Of a stretch of 64,000 bases of DNA, positions 55,739 through 64,000 are shown one piece after another. The notes beneath the pieces were generated by a model. That model was not told the origin of the DNA, did no database searches, and worked only from the letters and a program-made list of their open reading frames with translations. Made by a program: the position numbers and the translations under genes. The first letter of the stretch is position 1. Each line of letters begins with the position of its first letter. This DNA is from Gammaproteobacteria bacterium (lineage in GTDB: Bacteria > Pseudomonadota > Gammaproteobacteria > Pseudomonadales > Ketobacteraceae): the NCBI GenBank assembly GCA_013178375.1, contig JABLXQ010000009.1, positions 82,347 to 146,346 on the forward strand, in the 5' to 3' direction.

Positions 55739-55898
55739 CTTATGTCCCCCTCTGATGCTTTTTCAAGCACTTGCCGGCAATGCCCGCCTGAAAATAAATA
55801 CGCAATTTCCAACGATTTTACGTTGTTGCACCGGACCAATTCTGACTAGCATAAAGACTGCTCTACTGAACAACTATTCATTGCATTGGGGAAACACC

Positions 55899-57188
55899 AT
55901 GAAAACAAAAACCATAGTGGCCGTTTCAGCGGCCCTGAGCCTGACTGCGTGCCTGCCCGCCATTGCCTGGAAAACCCTGATCACGGGTGCCGACCTCACC
56001 GGCGCTATACTCCCTGTGGCAACCGACAGCTCCAGCAATACCTATCAGCTTTTTCCCATCGGCACCCAATTATTTCTGCGCAAGCTTGATCCCAAGGGAG
56101 TTGAATTGTGGCAAATGAACGTGGATGAGAGCGTGGCGAATTCGCTGACCTTTGCCGAACCACAGCTGCGCGTTTCACCGCAGGGTGCCGTGGTGGGATA
56201 CCACGACAAGGAGACCAGGCAGGCTTTTTTGAAGCAGTACGATCCCGATGGCGCGGTGTTGTGGAGTGCAGATTTCGGCACTCATGCCAGTGAAACATTG
56301 CGTGACATCGTTGTGGGGGCAGACGGCAGCCTGACCGCAGCATTGCGGCTTTCAAGCACCCGGACCAGTGTTCAGCGCTACGATAGCAGCGGCCTCGCAG
56401 CACCGGAGACACTGCTGCAAAACGGTTTGTTCATCTGTCTTGGCGGCTGTGACGTCACCATTGCAGTCAACGGCACGGGCGAGACGCTGGTGAATCTGGC
56501 TGACATCGATGCGACACTCTCCTATCTGATCGACGCGAACGGCACATTGTTATGGAACAAGAGCCGAGTGACCAATGTTCTGGCTGGCTACACCAGCACG
56601 CCGGTCACAGTGTCGACCAATGGATTTGTCTCCACTCACCCTGGCGCCACCTGGGAATATGACCTGGCTGGTACCGAAACCTGGAGCAAACCATTCGGAT
56701 CGATCGCCCAACCCGCAATGGACGCGAGCGGCAATATTTATGTGCTTGATTCAAACTTTGTGAGCACCTTTCTTTATCCCATCACTCCCAAGGTCCACAA
56801 ACTTGCCAGCGATGGAACCCCGTTGCTGGAAATCCCGCTTGTTGACCAGTACAAGGCTAGCCAGATCGCGTGGCACGAGGACTACCAGCGCCTGATCACC
56901 CTCAGCAACTATTACACGGTAGGGCCGGAAGTTGACTTTACTATTACCAAGGAATCTGGCCAGACACTGTCTGTCTTCGACGTCGCCGGGACGAAAATGC
57001 AGAGTTACAAGAGCAAGCCCGTGCAGGAAAAAGTCCCGGTTTGCACACCCATACCCGATTGTCTTACTTACACCGTGATTCCGGGAGAAACCTGGGGTCG
57101 CTTCGCCATTGCCGCCAACAGGCGAATCGTGGTGTCAGGCTTGATTGAGGACAGCGAGCGTTTCGCAAAGGCGTACAGACTCCCATGA
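55899..57188 (+). CDS. Lipoprotein with beta-propeller-like repeats (hypothetical).
   Basis: MKTKTIVAVSAALSLTAC is a signal peptide plus lipobox. Repetitive G-x-L/V-W blocks (GAVLWSAD, GTLLWNK, TETWSKPFG) suggest PQQ-like blades. Confidence 0.55.
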   Translation: MKTKTIVAVSAALSLTACLPAIAWKTLITGADLTGAILPVATDSSSNTYQLFPIGTQLFLRKLDPKGVELWQMNVDESVANSLTFAEPQLRVSPQGAVVGYHDKETRQAFLKQYDPDGAVLWSADFGTHASETLRDIVVGADGSLTAALRLSSTRTSVQRYDSSGLAAPETLLQNGLFICLGGCDVTIAVNGTGETLVNLADIDATLSYLIDANGTLLWNKSRVTNVLAGYTSTPVTVSTNGFVSTHPGATWEYDLAGTETWSKPFGSIAQPAMDASGNIYVLDSNFVSTFLYPITPKVHKLASDGTPLLEIPLVDQYKASQIAWHEDYQRLITLSNYYTVGPEVDFTITKESGQTLSVFDVAGTKMQSYKSKPVQEKVPVCTPIPDCLTYTVIPGETWGRFAIAANRRIVVSGLIEDSERFAKAYRLP

Positions 57189-57327
57189 CCAACAACACCT
57201 GACCAGTCTGCCCAATCAGGTTCCACCAGCGCATACAATACGCTCCCGCCCCGCGCGGGAGCCATTTCCCTGACAAAACTCAAAGTCTTCCCCTGTTCAA
57301 TCCCCTTACCTTTCTGCTACAACGAAA

Positions 57328-58860
57328 GTGCAATCGTGCAAGATGTCGTTGTCAGGGGGAAAACCGATGGTCCTGGGAATCAACAGTGCATTCACCCAGC
57401 TGCGCAAACTGGAATTGCAGATGGAATCCGCTCCGCATTACCAGGACTGGGAACTGCTGGCCCGACAGCACGATCAGCTGTCCGGGAAAGAGAAGTGGAA
57501 GCAGCGCGATGAAACCATGCTGTACGATTTCGTGGAGATCCGCATCCGCCACGACAAATTGCGGAAATTACTGGATGCTGAAAATCACAGCGAACTGCTG
57601 TACGCACTGAATGAAGGCCTGCACGGCAACATGGCCGGCATGGGTCGTCCCATCCTGTATGCGCAATCCTGGACCGGCACCAAATACCTGATCGATGAAT
57701 TCGTCTCCACAACGGTGGAAGCCCTGCGCTTCATTGCCGCCGCAGACGAAAGCAAAATCACCCTGCCGGAAAAAATCGATTTCTTCCGCCGCGCCAGCCA
57801 CTGCTATGGACGGTCCGCGCTGATGCTGAGCGGTGGCGCCGGCCTGATTTATTTTCACCACGGTGTGGTGCAGATGCTGATCGACGAAAATCTGCTGCCC
57901 AACGTTCTGTCCGGTTCCAGCGCCGGTTCCTGGGTCTGCGCGCAACTGGGCACGCACACCGATGCCGAACTCAAAGCCGGCTATTTCGACCGCTACCGTT
58001 ACGATATGCCCGACGTGTCGCCGCTGGACGTCCTGCTGCAGCGCAACGGTGCCATTCCGCCGCTGCAGGTGAAAGACCAGGCGCTGGACAACTTCGATTC
58101 CCGCATGACGTTCCAGGAAGCCTACGAACTCACCGGCCGCTATATCAGCGTCTCCATCGCACCGGCGGAGAAATACCAGAACTCGCGCCTGATGAACGCG
58201 ATCACCTCGCCCAATGTTTATATCCGCAGCGCCATCGACGCCTCCAGCAGTATCCCGGGCCTGTTTCCGCCCGTCACCCTGTACGCCAAGGGCAGCGACG
58301 GACGCCCCAAGCCTTACCTGTCATCGCGCAAGTGGGTGGACGGTTCCACCTCGCAGGATCTGCCCGCCAAGCGGCTGGCACGGCTGTTCGGCGTCAATCA
58401 CTATCTGGTGAGCATGATCAACCCGCTGGCCGCGCCGTTCGTGAAAGATCCCAAACTGCGCCACAGCAAGGGTATGGCCAGCATTGCGTCTGAACTAGGC
58501 ATCAAGTTGATGAAGGATTTTCTGCACATTGCGGAAAGTTATTCATCGCGTTTCGGTATCGACATTTTCAGCCCTGCTTTTCTGATGACCCATGCCGTGC
58601 TGGACCAGAAATACACCGGCGACATCAACATGATTCTGGACATGCAGGATTTTCACCTGAGGCAGATTCTGCATTTCTTTAAGGAAGGGGAAATCGAACA
58701 ACTGATATTGGCGGGCAAGCGCAGCGTGTGGCCGCGGATCTCGATGATCCGCAACACCTCATTGATCGGGCGCGTGCTGGATGACATTCTGGAAGAGATC
58801 GATCAGCGCGAACTGCAGCTGGCTGGCGAGGCACACAAAAGAATGGTGGGAGCGACCTGA
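57328..58860 (+). CDS. Patatin-like phospholipase family protein (DUF3336-type N-terminus).
   Basis: LSGGAGLIYFHHG is an oxyanion Gly-rich loop. GSSAGSW is the GxSxG nucleophile elbow. A DG dyad region (VDGSTSQDLP) follows. The start is uncertain: the ATG at 57367 (MVLGINS) is the alternative. Confidence 0.6.
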   Translation: MQSCKMSLSGGKPMVLGINSAFTQLRKLELQMESAPHYQDWELLARQHDQLSGKEKWKQRDETMLYDFVEIRIRHDKLRKLLDAENHSELLYALNEGLHGNMAGMGRPILYAQSWTGTKYLIDEFVSTTVEALRFIAAADESKITLPEKIDFFRRASHCYGRSALMLSGGAGLIYFHHGVVQMLIDENLLPNVLSGSSAGSWVCAQLGTHTDAELKAGYFDRYRYDMPDVSPLDVLLQRNGAIPPLQVKDQALDNFDSRMTFQEAYELTGRYISVSIAPAEKYQNSRLMNAITSPNVYIRSAIDASSSIPGLFPPVTLYAKGSDGRPKPYLSSRKWVDGSTSQDLPAKRLARLFGVNHYLVSMINPLAAPFVKDPKLRHSKGMASIASELGIKLMKDFLHIAESYSSRFGIDIFSPAFLMTHAVLDQKYTGDINMILDMQDFHLRQILHFFKEGEIEQLILAGKRSVWPRISMIRNTSLIGRVLDDILEEIDQRELQLAGEAHKRMVGAT

Positions 58861-58944
58861 CCGGCTTTCAGCGGGCCAATTCAACTTGCGCGTGCAACAA
58901 AACGGATTGTCATATCACCCGTTTTGTCGCACGCAATTTTTAAC

Positions 58945-59502
58945 TCAGAGCAGATGATCCGGAGCGCCGGTGACATAAATCTGCGACGAATCCACAATCA
59001 GGCCGGATTCCAGGAAGCGCCGCCCCAGCAACACCGGGTAAATGAAAGCATCACGATCCGTGAGCGTGAACTCGGTGGTATAGGTCTTGTCGCCAATTTT
59101 CAGATCCAGCTCCACCACAGGGCGTTTCACAAAATCCACCGTGTGCTGCTTGATCTTCACCATGCGCTTCACCGGTGCTTCCACCACTTTTTTCTGGTGC
59201 GGAATTCCCGGCATGCCGTGCCGGGACGGACGGGCCTTCTTGTCATATTTGAACCGTACCCATTGCTGGTTGTCACGGGTGAAATACTCGATGTCCTCCG
59301 CATGCAGTGAGGAGGTTTTCGCTCCCGAATCCAATTTGGCTTTCGCCACTATACCTGGCTGCTCGATGGTTACGAACTCCACCCAGCCGACAATATCGCG
59401 GCTTTTAACGGATTGAATTTCTGGGGATTTCTGGTTGGCAAAAACAAAAAAACTGCCGCTGAATGCAAGACAGAGGACCGCCAGTCGAATAATGCTACGC
59501 AT
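58945..59502 (-). CDS. Retropepsin-like aspartic protease (RimK-associated putative zinc-protease family, DUF785-like).
   Basis: Signal peptide MRSIIRLAVLCLAFSGSFFVFA. AKLDSGAKTSSLHA carries the D-S/T-G aspartyl-protease motif. Confidence 0.55.
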   Translation of the reverse strand: MRSIIRLAVLCLAFSGSFFVFANQKSPEIQSVKSRDIVGWVEFVTIEQPGIVAKAKLDSGAKTSSLHAEDIEYFTRDNQQWVRFKYDKKARPSRHGMPGIPHQKKVVEAPVKRMVKIKQHTVDFVKRPVVELDLKIGDKTYTTEFTLTDRDAFIYPVLLGRRFLESGLIVDSSQIYVTGAPDHLL

Positions 59503-59799
59503 GATATGTACTAACTGCTGTGGATAATGGATCGGGTGAGGTTTGCAACGGGGTAATAGTGTAGCGTACCGGACGGAATTTTCACCTGCCGAAAGTGGTG
59601 CCTAATCCGGTTCAATGACGGCCCTTGAGGCTGCCCGTCACGACGATGGCCCATGGAACCACCCCAACCCCTGGGGTGTCACGACCGGATTGACGGCGGC
59701 GCGTCAGCCCAATAGGATCACGGCTGCGGCAAGACTCGCTGCTGCAACCTTGAATTTATTCCTTGCCAACTTCCTGATCACTGTATTTGGGGATACCAC

Positions 59800-60426
59800 A
59801 TGAACAAGATCCTGACCGGCGCCCTGTTGCTGGCCGCTTTCGGCCCATGCGCGTTTGCCGACGACGTTGCTCCACTCTCCACAAGCACACCCACCAACGA
59901 TTTCGGCGCCCTGATCGGCGGCGCATTCACTTTCGGCGGCGACGAGCTGGCGGAATACCAGGTGGAATATGAAGACGGCGATAACAGCAGCGAAAACATC
60001 CGGGCCGGCGAGCAGTTCTACCTGTTCGGCGGTGCCTACTTCCGCCACACCGAATCCGCCGAACTGGCTTACGGCGCGCAGTTCAACGTCGGCTGGTTCA
60101 ACAACTCCATCTCCGGCGACAACGGCGATGTCACCCTGACCCGCTACCCCTTCGAACTGATTCCCTTTATCGAGTTTCACAAATTCCGTTTTGGCCTGGG
60201 CCTGACCCTGCACACCAGCATCGAATTTGAAGACGATGCGGTGTATGAAGTCGCCGTAGAAGCCGAGGACGCCAGCGGCACTGTATTCATCATCGAATAC
60301 CTGTTCGCCGATCACCTGGCAGTGGGTCTGCGGATGGTGGATATTGAGTATGAATTCGGCGAGGGTCGTTATTCAGAAACGTTTGATGCGGGGCATGCGG
60401 GGATTAGTGCGAGTTGGTTGTTCTAA
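59800..60426 (+). CDS. Small outer-membrane beta-barrel protein (OmpW/OmpA-like, 8-strand class).
   Basis: Signal peptide MNKILTGALLLAAFGPCAFA. Alternating amphipathic strands. C-terminal aromatic ASWLF. Confidence 0.6.
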   Translation: MNKILTGALLLAAFGPCAFADDVAPLSTSTPTNDFGALIGGAFTFGGDELAEYQVEYEDGDNSSENIRAGEQFYLFGGAYFRHTESAELAYGAQFNVGWFNNSISGDNGDVTLTRYPFELIPFIEFHKFRFGLGLTLHTSIEFEDDAVYEVAVEAEDASGTVFIIEYLFADHLAVGLRMVDIEYEFGEGRYSETFDAGHAGISASWLF

Positions 60427-60444
60427 AACCGTTCTGATATAAAC

Positions 60445-60474
60445 GCAGCGGTCTTCATATAGGGAGACCGCTGC
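60445..60474. terminator. Hairpin between the convergent OMP gene and the FG-GAP gene (bidirectional terminator candidate).
   Basis: GCAGCGGTCT-tcatatagg-gAGACCGCTGC is a 10-bp perfect stem. The flanks are A/T-rich but lack a clean U-tract. Confidence 0.5.
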
Positions 60475-60515
60475 GCCTTCAGATGATCCAATGGTATGAA
60501 TTCTAATGACGGCCC

Positions 60516-63500
60516 TCAGTGGTAAAAATACAAAGCTTTGGAGGTCGCGACAATCACCTTTTCACCGACGTTGGCGGCGTCCAGATTGTAGTATCCATAT
60601 TCCGTCAACGTGCCTATCAACAGATTCGATTGCCATACAATTGCACCGTCCGACGAGCTGACCTCATACAGTTTTGAATAGAGTTTGCGGAAATTTCTGG
60701 ATTCGTCCTGCAGCGAACCATATGTACCCGCCACCAGCAGATTTCTATTACCCGCTGGCCGATTCTTCTGTATTACTGGTTCCGATACGGCGACATCCAA
60801 CACCTGGACATCACCGGTCTCAGTGTGAATGATCCAGAATTTGGACAGCGGTCGGCTACCATAACCGCCGCGATAAACCACAATCTCATCGAGGTTGTCA
60901 CCCGTGACGTCCAGGACAGAGAGGAAATACTCATCGGAACCAGTAGTCTCAATCGGATAGCGTGCAACCTCCACAATATTATTTCCTGAATAATCGTACA
61001 CGACCAGCAGCGCACCACCCGACACAAAGCTGAACAGGGCGGCCAGACGCTGCGTACCACCAAAGGTTCGTCCCACCAACTCAGCAGCCTCACAGTTGGC
61101 AGGCACACCATATGCACTGATATTCGCTTGCCAGGTCACCGAGGTTTCATTGAGCTTTAACCATGCCAATGCGCTGTCGGCACCCGCAAATCCGCACCTG
61201 AACGCATCATACTCATGATCACCGTCGAAATCGGAGATGGTCCAGCGAGCATTCTCGACAGCTGACCGGCTTCCGATAAACTGCCCGATCGTCTCACCTG
61301 AAGGGATAGAATCAAGGCGAATTGTTGAATGTGCGACATTTCGGCTAATAGAAACCAGTCCACCATCCAGCGCCTGATGCTGTTGTGAAGTCATAATATC
61401 CTTAGCGAGAACACCAAGTTCTGGTTCAATCATTCCCAATTCAAGGCCGTCATTGCCATCAAACTCGACATACCCCAAGGAATAGATCCTCGGTATGCTG
61501 GTGGAATAGTTTGCGAATATTCGACTTCCATCCCAAGCAGGTCCAAAGCCTGATTGCAACTTGCTGTCCTGCAGGAAAGAAAAGGTTTGGACACTACCGT
61601 TATCGACATTCATCAGCTCGGCAGTGTTGCTCTGTATTGACGCCAGCTGATTGCCTACCAAATCCAAATAACCCAATCGTTCGATCAGAACATCAAACGT
61701 CCTTACCAAACTGAATGTCCCATCCGTATACACATACCGGTGGAACTGGTTGGTAAAAGAATAGATAAGGTACAGGTCTGCAAACACACCAGACCCAGCA
61801 TTCATGAATCTCAGAATGGGACACCAGGGCACTTGTGCGCCCAGCGGATTCTGAATCGAGGATTGGGAAATTCTCGCCAGTGTAGTCGCGTTATAAACAG
61901 ACATCACGATATCGGACGGAAAGCTGCATTCCTGATCACCGTCCACAATGACGAGTTCGGCTGCCGCACTTCCAGTTACGTTGGCCAGAAACACTTTCTT
62001 GGTTCCCACCAACCCCACCAGATTCCGCGCTGTGGACCCGAAGCCATACAACCGCCCATCGTCCATCAGGAACTCGGGCTCCGCATCGGCATCAATGTTG
62101 CCAATGGCTGTCGCCGTCAGTACTCCCGTTTCGAAGGTCGATGTCACACTGTTAGACAACATTGAATAGCGAAAGAATCGAGTACCTAACTGCAGCACGA
62201 AGCCATTAAAGGAGACGTCTGCTGGATATACCTTCGAGCTTTCGAAGCTGGAAAGCCCACTGAACCCCGCAAGAGAAGCAACGCCAACTTCTTGGTCGAT
62301 CTCCGGACTGACAACATGGATGCTGTCTTCATACACCATGATCAGCTCTGGACGATTGTCATTGTCGAAGTCCTGCAATTCCAGTGATTGCAAGCGAGAG
62401 TTCTCGGAAAAATTGCGCCCGACATGCGCCAGTCGACGTTGGCCTGAAACCAGCTCATACAGCAGATAGGAATTACCCCACTTGCAAACATAGGCTACAT
62501 TTCCGCTCTGACTCGTTACGCCCCAGCGCTGATTCTCGCACTCGACATTCAAAGGAGTGACATCCAATTGCACACTGTCATCACTCACGTCGACATCAAA
62601 TTCGACGCTGGATTGCCGCCCATTATATGCAACAGCTTCCACCATAATATTGCTGTTATTTTCATACAAAAGGAGTTCGGGAATACCTGTTACAACACCC
62701 TGGCTTGAGACCGTGACACCCTTCGGTGCATGCGCAATCGAAAATGCAAAAGGACCATCCAACGCTTCATTGGTAATTGAAAGAGGGACATTAAGTTCGG
62801 TGTCCTTCTCGATCGTCACCTCATCCACAGACTCAAATTCCGTGGGTAAAGGTATGACGTGGACGGTGAGCGGCAATGCAAATGGCGCAGTTGTTCCGTC
62901 ACGTGCGCCGATTTCCAGCACATAGTCTCCTTGACAGTTGAATACAAGATCCACGACTCGAACATCCTGCTGGTCGATCTCATGGCCACAACCGACCGCC
63001 GGCGCGCTGGTTACCCGGAATGAATAGATCAGCAGGTCATCGCGATCTGAAACATACTCTGCCGCATTCAAGGTCAGAAGCGCGTTCCGGTCAACCGACA
63101 CCGGCACGCTGCTCACAGCGAACGGCTGCCGATTGGGTGTGTGGGGCCATTCCAGAATCGCGTCCGGTTGAAAATCTCCGATCAGTTCAAACTGGCTTTG
63201 AGCTGCATTTATCAGCGCAAGCTTGAAGCTTTCGATCACGTAGCCACTCATTGGGTCATCGAAATCAAAATCCAACACGCCAAGAGTGTCATTGTTACCG
63301 GCAAACGTGAGGCGGCTTTCATCCATTTCACTCTTGATGATCACCTTACCGTCGACCGAATCCCAGAACTCCGCATCCACGGCAGCTCGCGCATCGGCTT
63401 TGCTAATTACCAGTTTATCGAGTTTGAACTGTCTGTTCTGCAAAGCAGACGTCATGATCGCCTGCCCCTGCAATACATAGCCATACGATTGGTCGAATTC

Positions 63501-64000
63501 CAGATCGAAATCACCCTGTAGGACGAAGCGCTCGTTGTCGACTTCTACGGTCAGCTGATCAATTGACGTAGTAGCGGCTCTCGGCAGCGATCCCATGGCT
63601 GTAATGTCATATACGATCTGGCCATCAATCCTGACGTCATCCATCACGCAGTTGGTGAATTGAACCACCAGACGCCCCAAGCCGGTCTCAGCATTAGTCT
63701 TGTCATCAACATCAAACGTCCCTGATTGGCAGACCTCTTCGTCTTCTCCACCCGAAGTATCATCACCCTCATCAAGCGCCAGAAAGTAAGGATCAAAGAA
63801 AGTCCCCACTAACGCTTCGACCGTATTCGAAACGACTAGCTGGGTGATCTGGTAGAAATTGGCGACATAACGCGGAAAATTGGTCTGCACCAGGGTGGCA
63901 TCGGCTTCATTGCCCGCATACACAATGGGCGCATAGGTTCTGAGCTTGAAGGAATCATCAATTTGCTTGTCGCCAGAATCACCACCGCCGCCGCCCCCAC
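60516..64000 (-). CDS. Very large FG-GAP/VCBS-like repeat surface protein, probably a lipoprotein; its 5' end lies beyond the window.
   Basis: FG-GAP-type repeats are DFDNDNRPELIMV, DFDGDHEYD, DVTGDNLDEIVV and GNIDADAEPEF. The frame stays open upstream of the listed GTG (63923) through ...GGGGGGDSGDKQIDDSF to position 64000. That Gly-rich linker typically follows a lipobox. Confidence 0.7.
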   Translation of the reverse strand, partial: GGGGGGDSGDKQIDDSFKLRTYAPIVYAGNEADATLVQTNFPRYVANFYQITQLVVSNTVEALVGTFFDPYFLALDEGDDTSGGEDEEVCQSGTFDVDDKTNAETGLGRLVVQFTNCVMDDVRIDGQIVYDITAMGSLPRAATTSIDQLTVEVDNERFVLQGDFDLEFDQSYGYVLQGQAIMTSALQNRQFKLDKLVISKADARAAVDAEFWDSVDGKVIIKSEMDESRLTFAGNNDTLGVLDFDFDDPMSGYVIESFKLALINAAQSQFELIGDFQPDAILEWPHTPNRQPFAVSSVPVSVDRNALLTLNAAEYVSDRDDLLIYSFRVTSAPAVGCGHEIDQQDVRVVDLVFNCQGDYVLEIGARDGTTAPFALPLTVHVIPLPTEFESVDEVTIEKDTELNVPLSITNEALDGPFAFSIAHAPKGVTVSSQGVVTGIPELLLYENNSNIMVEAVAYNGRQSSVEFDVDVSDDSVQLDVTPLNVECENQRWGVTSQSGNVAYVCKWGNSYLLYELVSGQRRLAHVGRNFSENSRLQSLELQDFDNDNRPELIMVYEDSIHVVSPEIDQEVGVASLAGFSGLSSFESSKVYPADVSFNGFVLQLGTRFFRYSMLSNSVTSTFETGVLTATAIGNIDADAEPEFLMDDGRLYGFGSTARNLVGLVGTKKVFLANVTGSAAAELVIVDGDQECSFPSDIVMSVYNATTLARISQSSIQNPLGAQVPWCPILRFMNAGSGVFADLYLIYSFTNQFHRYVYTDGTFSLVRTFDVLIERLGYLDLVGNQLASIQSNTAELMNVDNGSVQTFSFLQDSKLQSGFGPAWDGSRIFANYSTSIPRIYSLGYVEFDGNDGLELGMIEPELGVLAKDIMTSQQHQALDGGLVSISRNVAHSTIRLDSIPSGETIGQFIGSRSAVENARWTISDFDGDHEYDAFRCGFAGADSALAWLKLNETSVTWQANISAYGVPANCEAAELVGRTFGGTQRLAALFSFVSGGALLVVYDYSGNNIVEVARYPIETTGSDEYFLSVLDVTGDNLDEIVVYRGGYGSRPLSKFWIIHTETGDVQVLDVAVSEPVIQKNRPAGNRNLLVAGTYGSLQDESRNFRKLYSKLYEVSSSDGAIVWQSNLLIGTLTEYGYYNLDAANVGEKVIVATSKALYFYH

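Noticed and set aside
1-64000. CRISPR arrays, tRNA/rRNA genes, IS elements or integrases.
   Set aside because: I found no regularly spaced repeat-spacer pattern, no tRNA-like cloverleaf sequence, and no transposase or integrase motifs (DDE, tyrosine recombinase) in any frame.

Overview
This 64-kb window reads as a high-GC gammaproteobacterial chromosome segment. Housekeeping synteny supports that: rppH-ptsP, lgt-thyA-folA, fabV, rlmI, and a RegB/RegA-like pair. I found no rRNA, tRNA, CRISPR array or obvious mobile element. Most long ORFs in the six-frame track that lie antisense to these genes are artefacts of GC-rich antisense frames and are listed under rejections.

Two regions stand out as likely undescribed systems:

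1. **A lipid/NRPS-like biosynthetic cluster, about 16.0-31.4 kb.** One minus-strand operon runs FabH-like KASIII, AurF-like diiron oxygenase, carrier protein and thioester-reductase (R) domain, followed after short gaps by a PPTase, a small ferritin-like ExxH protein, an ACP, an acyl-lipid desaturase, a metal-hydrolase-like ExxH protein and an orphan 316-aa protein. A stand-alone NRPS adenylation domain sits at its end, and a divergent fatty acyl-AMP/CoA ligase is followed by an ICMT/PEMT methyltransferase fused to an MMPL/RND exporter. The oxygenase-carrier-reductase core plus the separate A domain resembles a dissociated Pvf/Ham (valdiazen/fragin-type) N-oxygenating pathway grafted onto fatty-acyl machinery. 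A 120-bp element with a 33-bp near-perfect inverted repeat sits inside the cluster.

2. **A membrane-remodelling locus, about 41.5-51.5 kb.** A YqiJ/NfeD-like gene, a flotillin (SPFH) gene and a giant 1767-aa protein with an AAA+ ATPase domain form one minus-strand operon. It is divergent from a yjfI-yjfJ (PspA/IM30-family) pair and a small tandem ribbon-helix-helix protein. The two promoters share four copies of a TTGACAT-N3-ATGTCAA palindrome.

Other contents:
- two large surface lipoproteins with Gly-rich linkers that run off both window ends, one of them an FG-GAP-repeat protein;
- an OmpR-type two-component system whose kinase has a roughly 370-aa periplasmic domain;
- a PilZ protein;
- a second MMPL exporter beside fabV;
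- a DUF349 protein in the lgt-thyA-folA operon;
- a hemerythrin/PNPOx-GAF redox islet;
- a CorA-like transporter;
- a patatin-like lipase;
- an orphan retropepsin-like protease.
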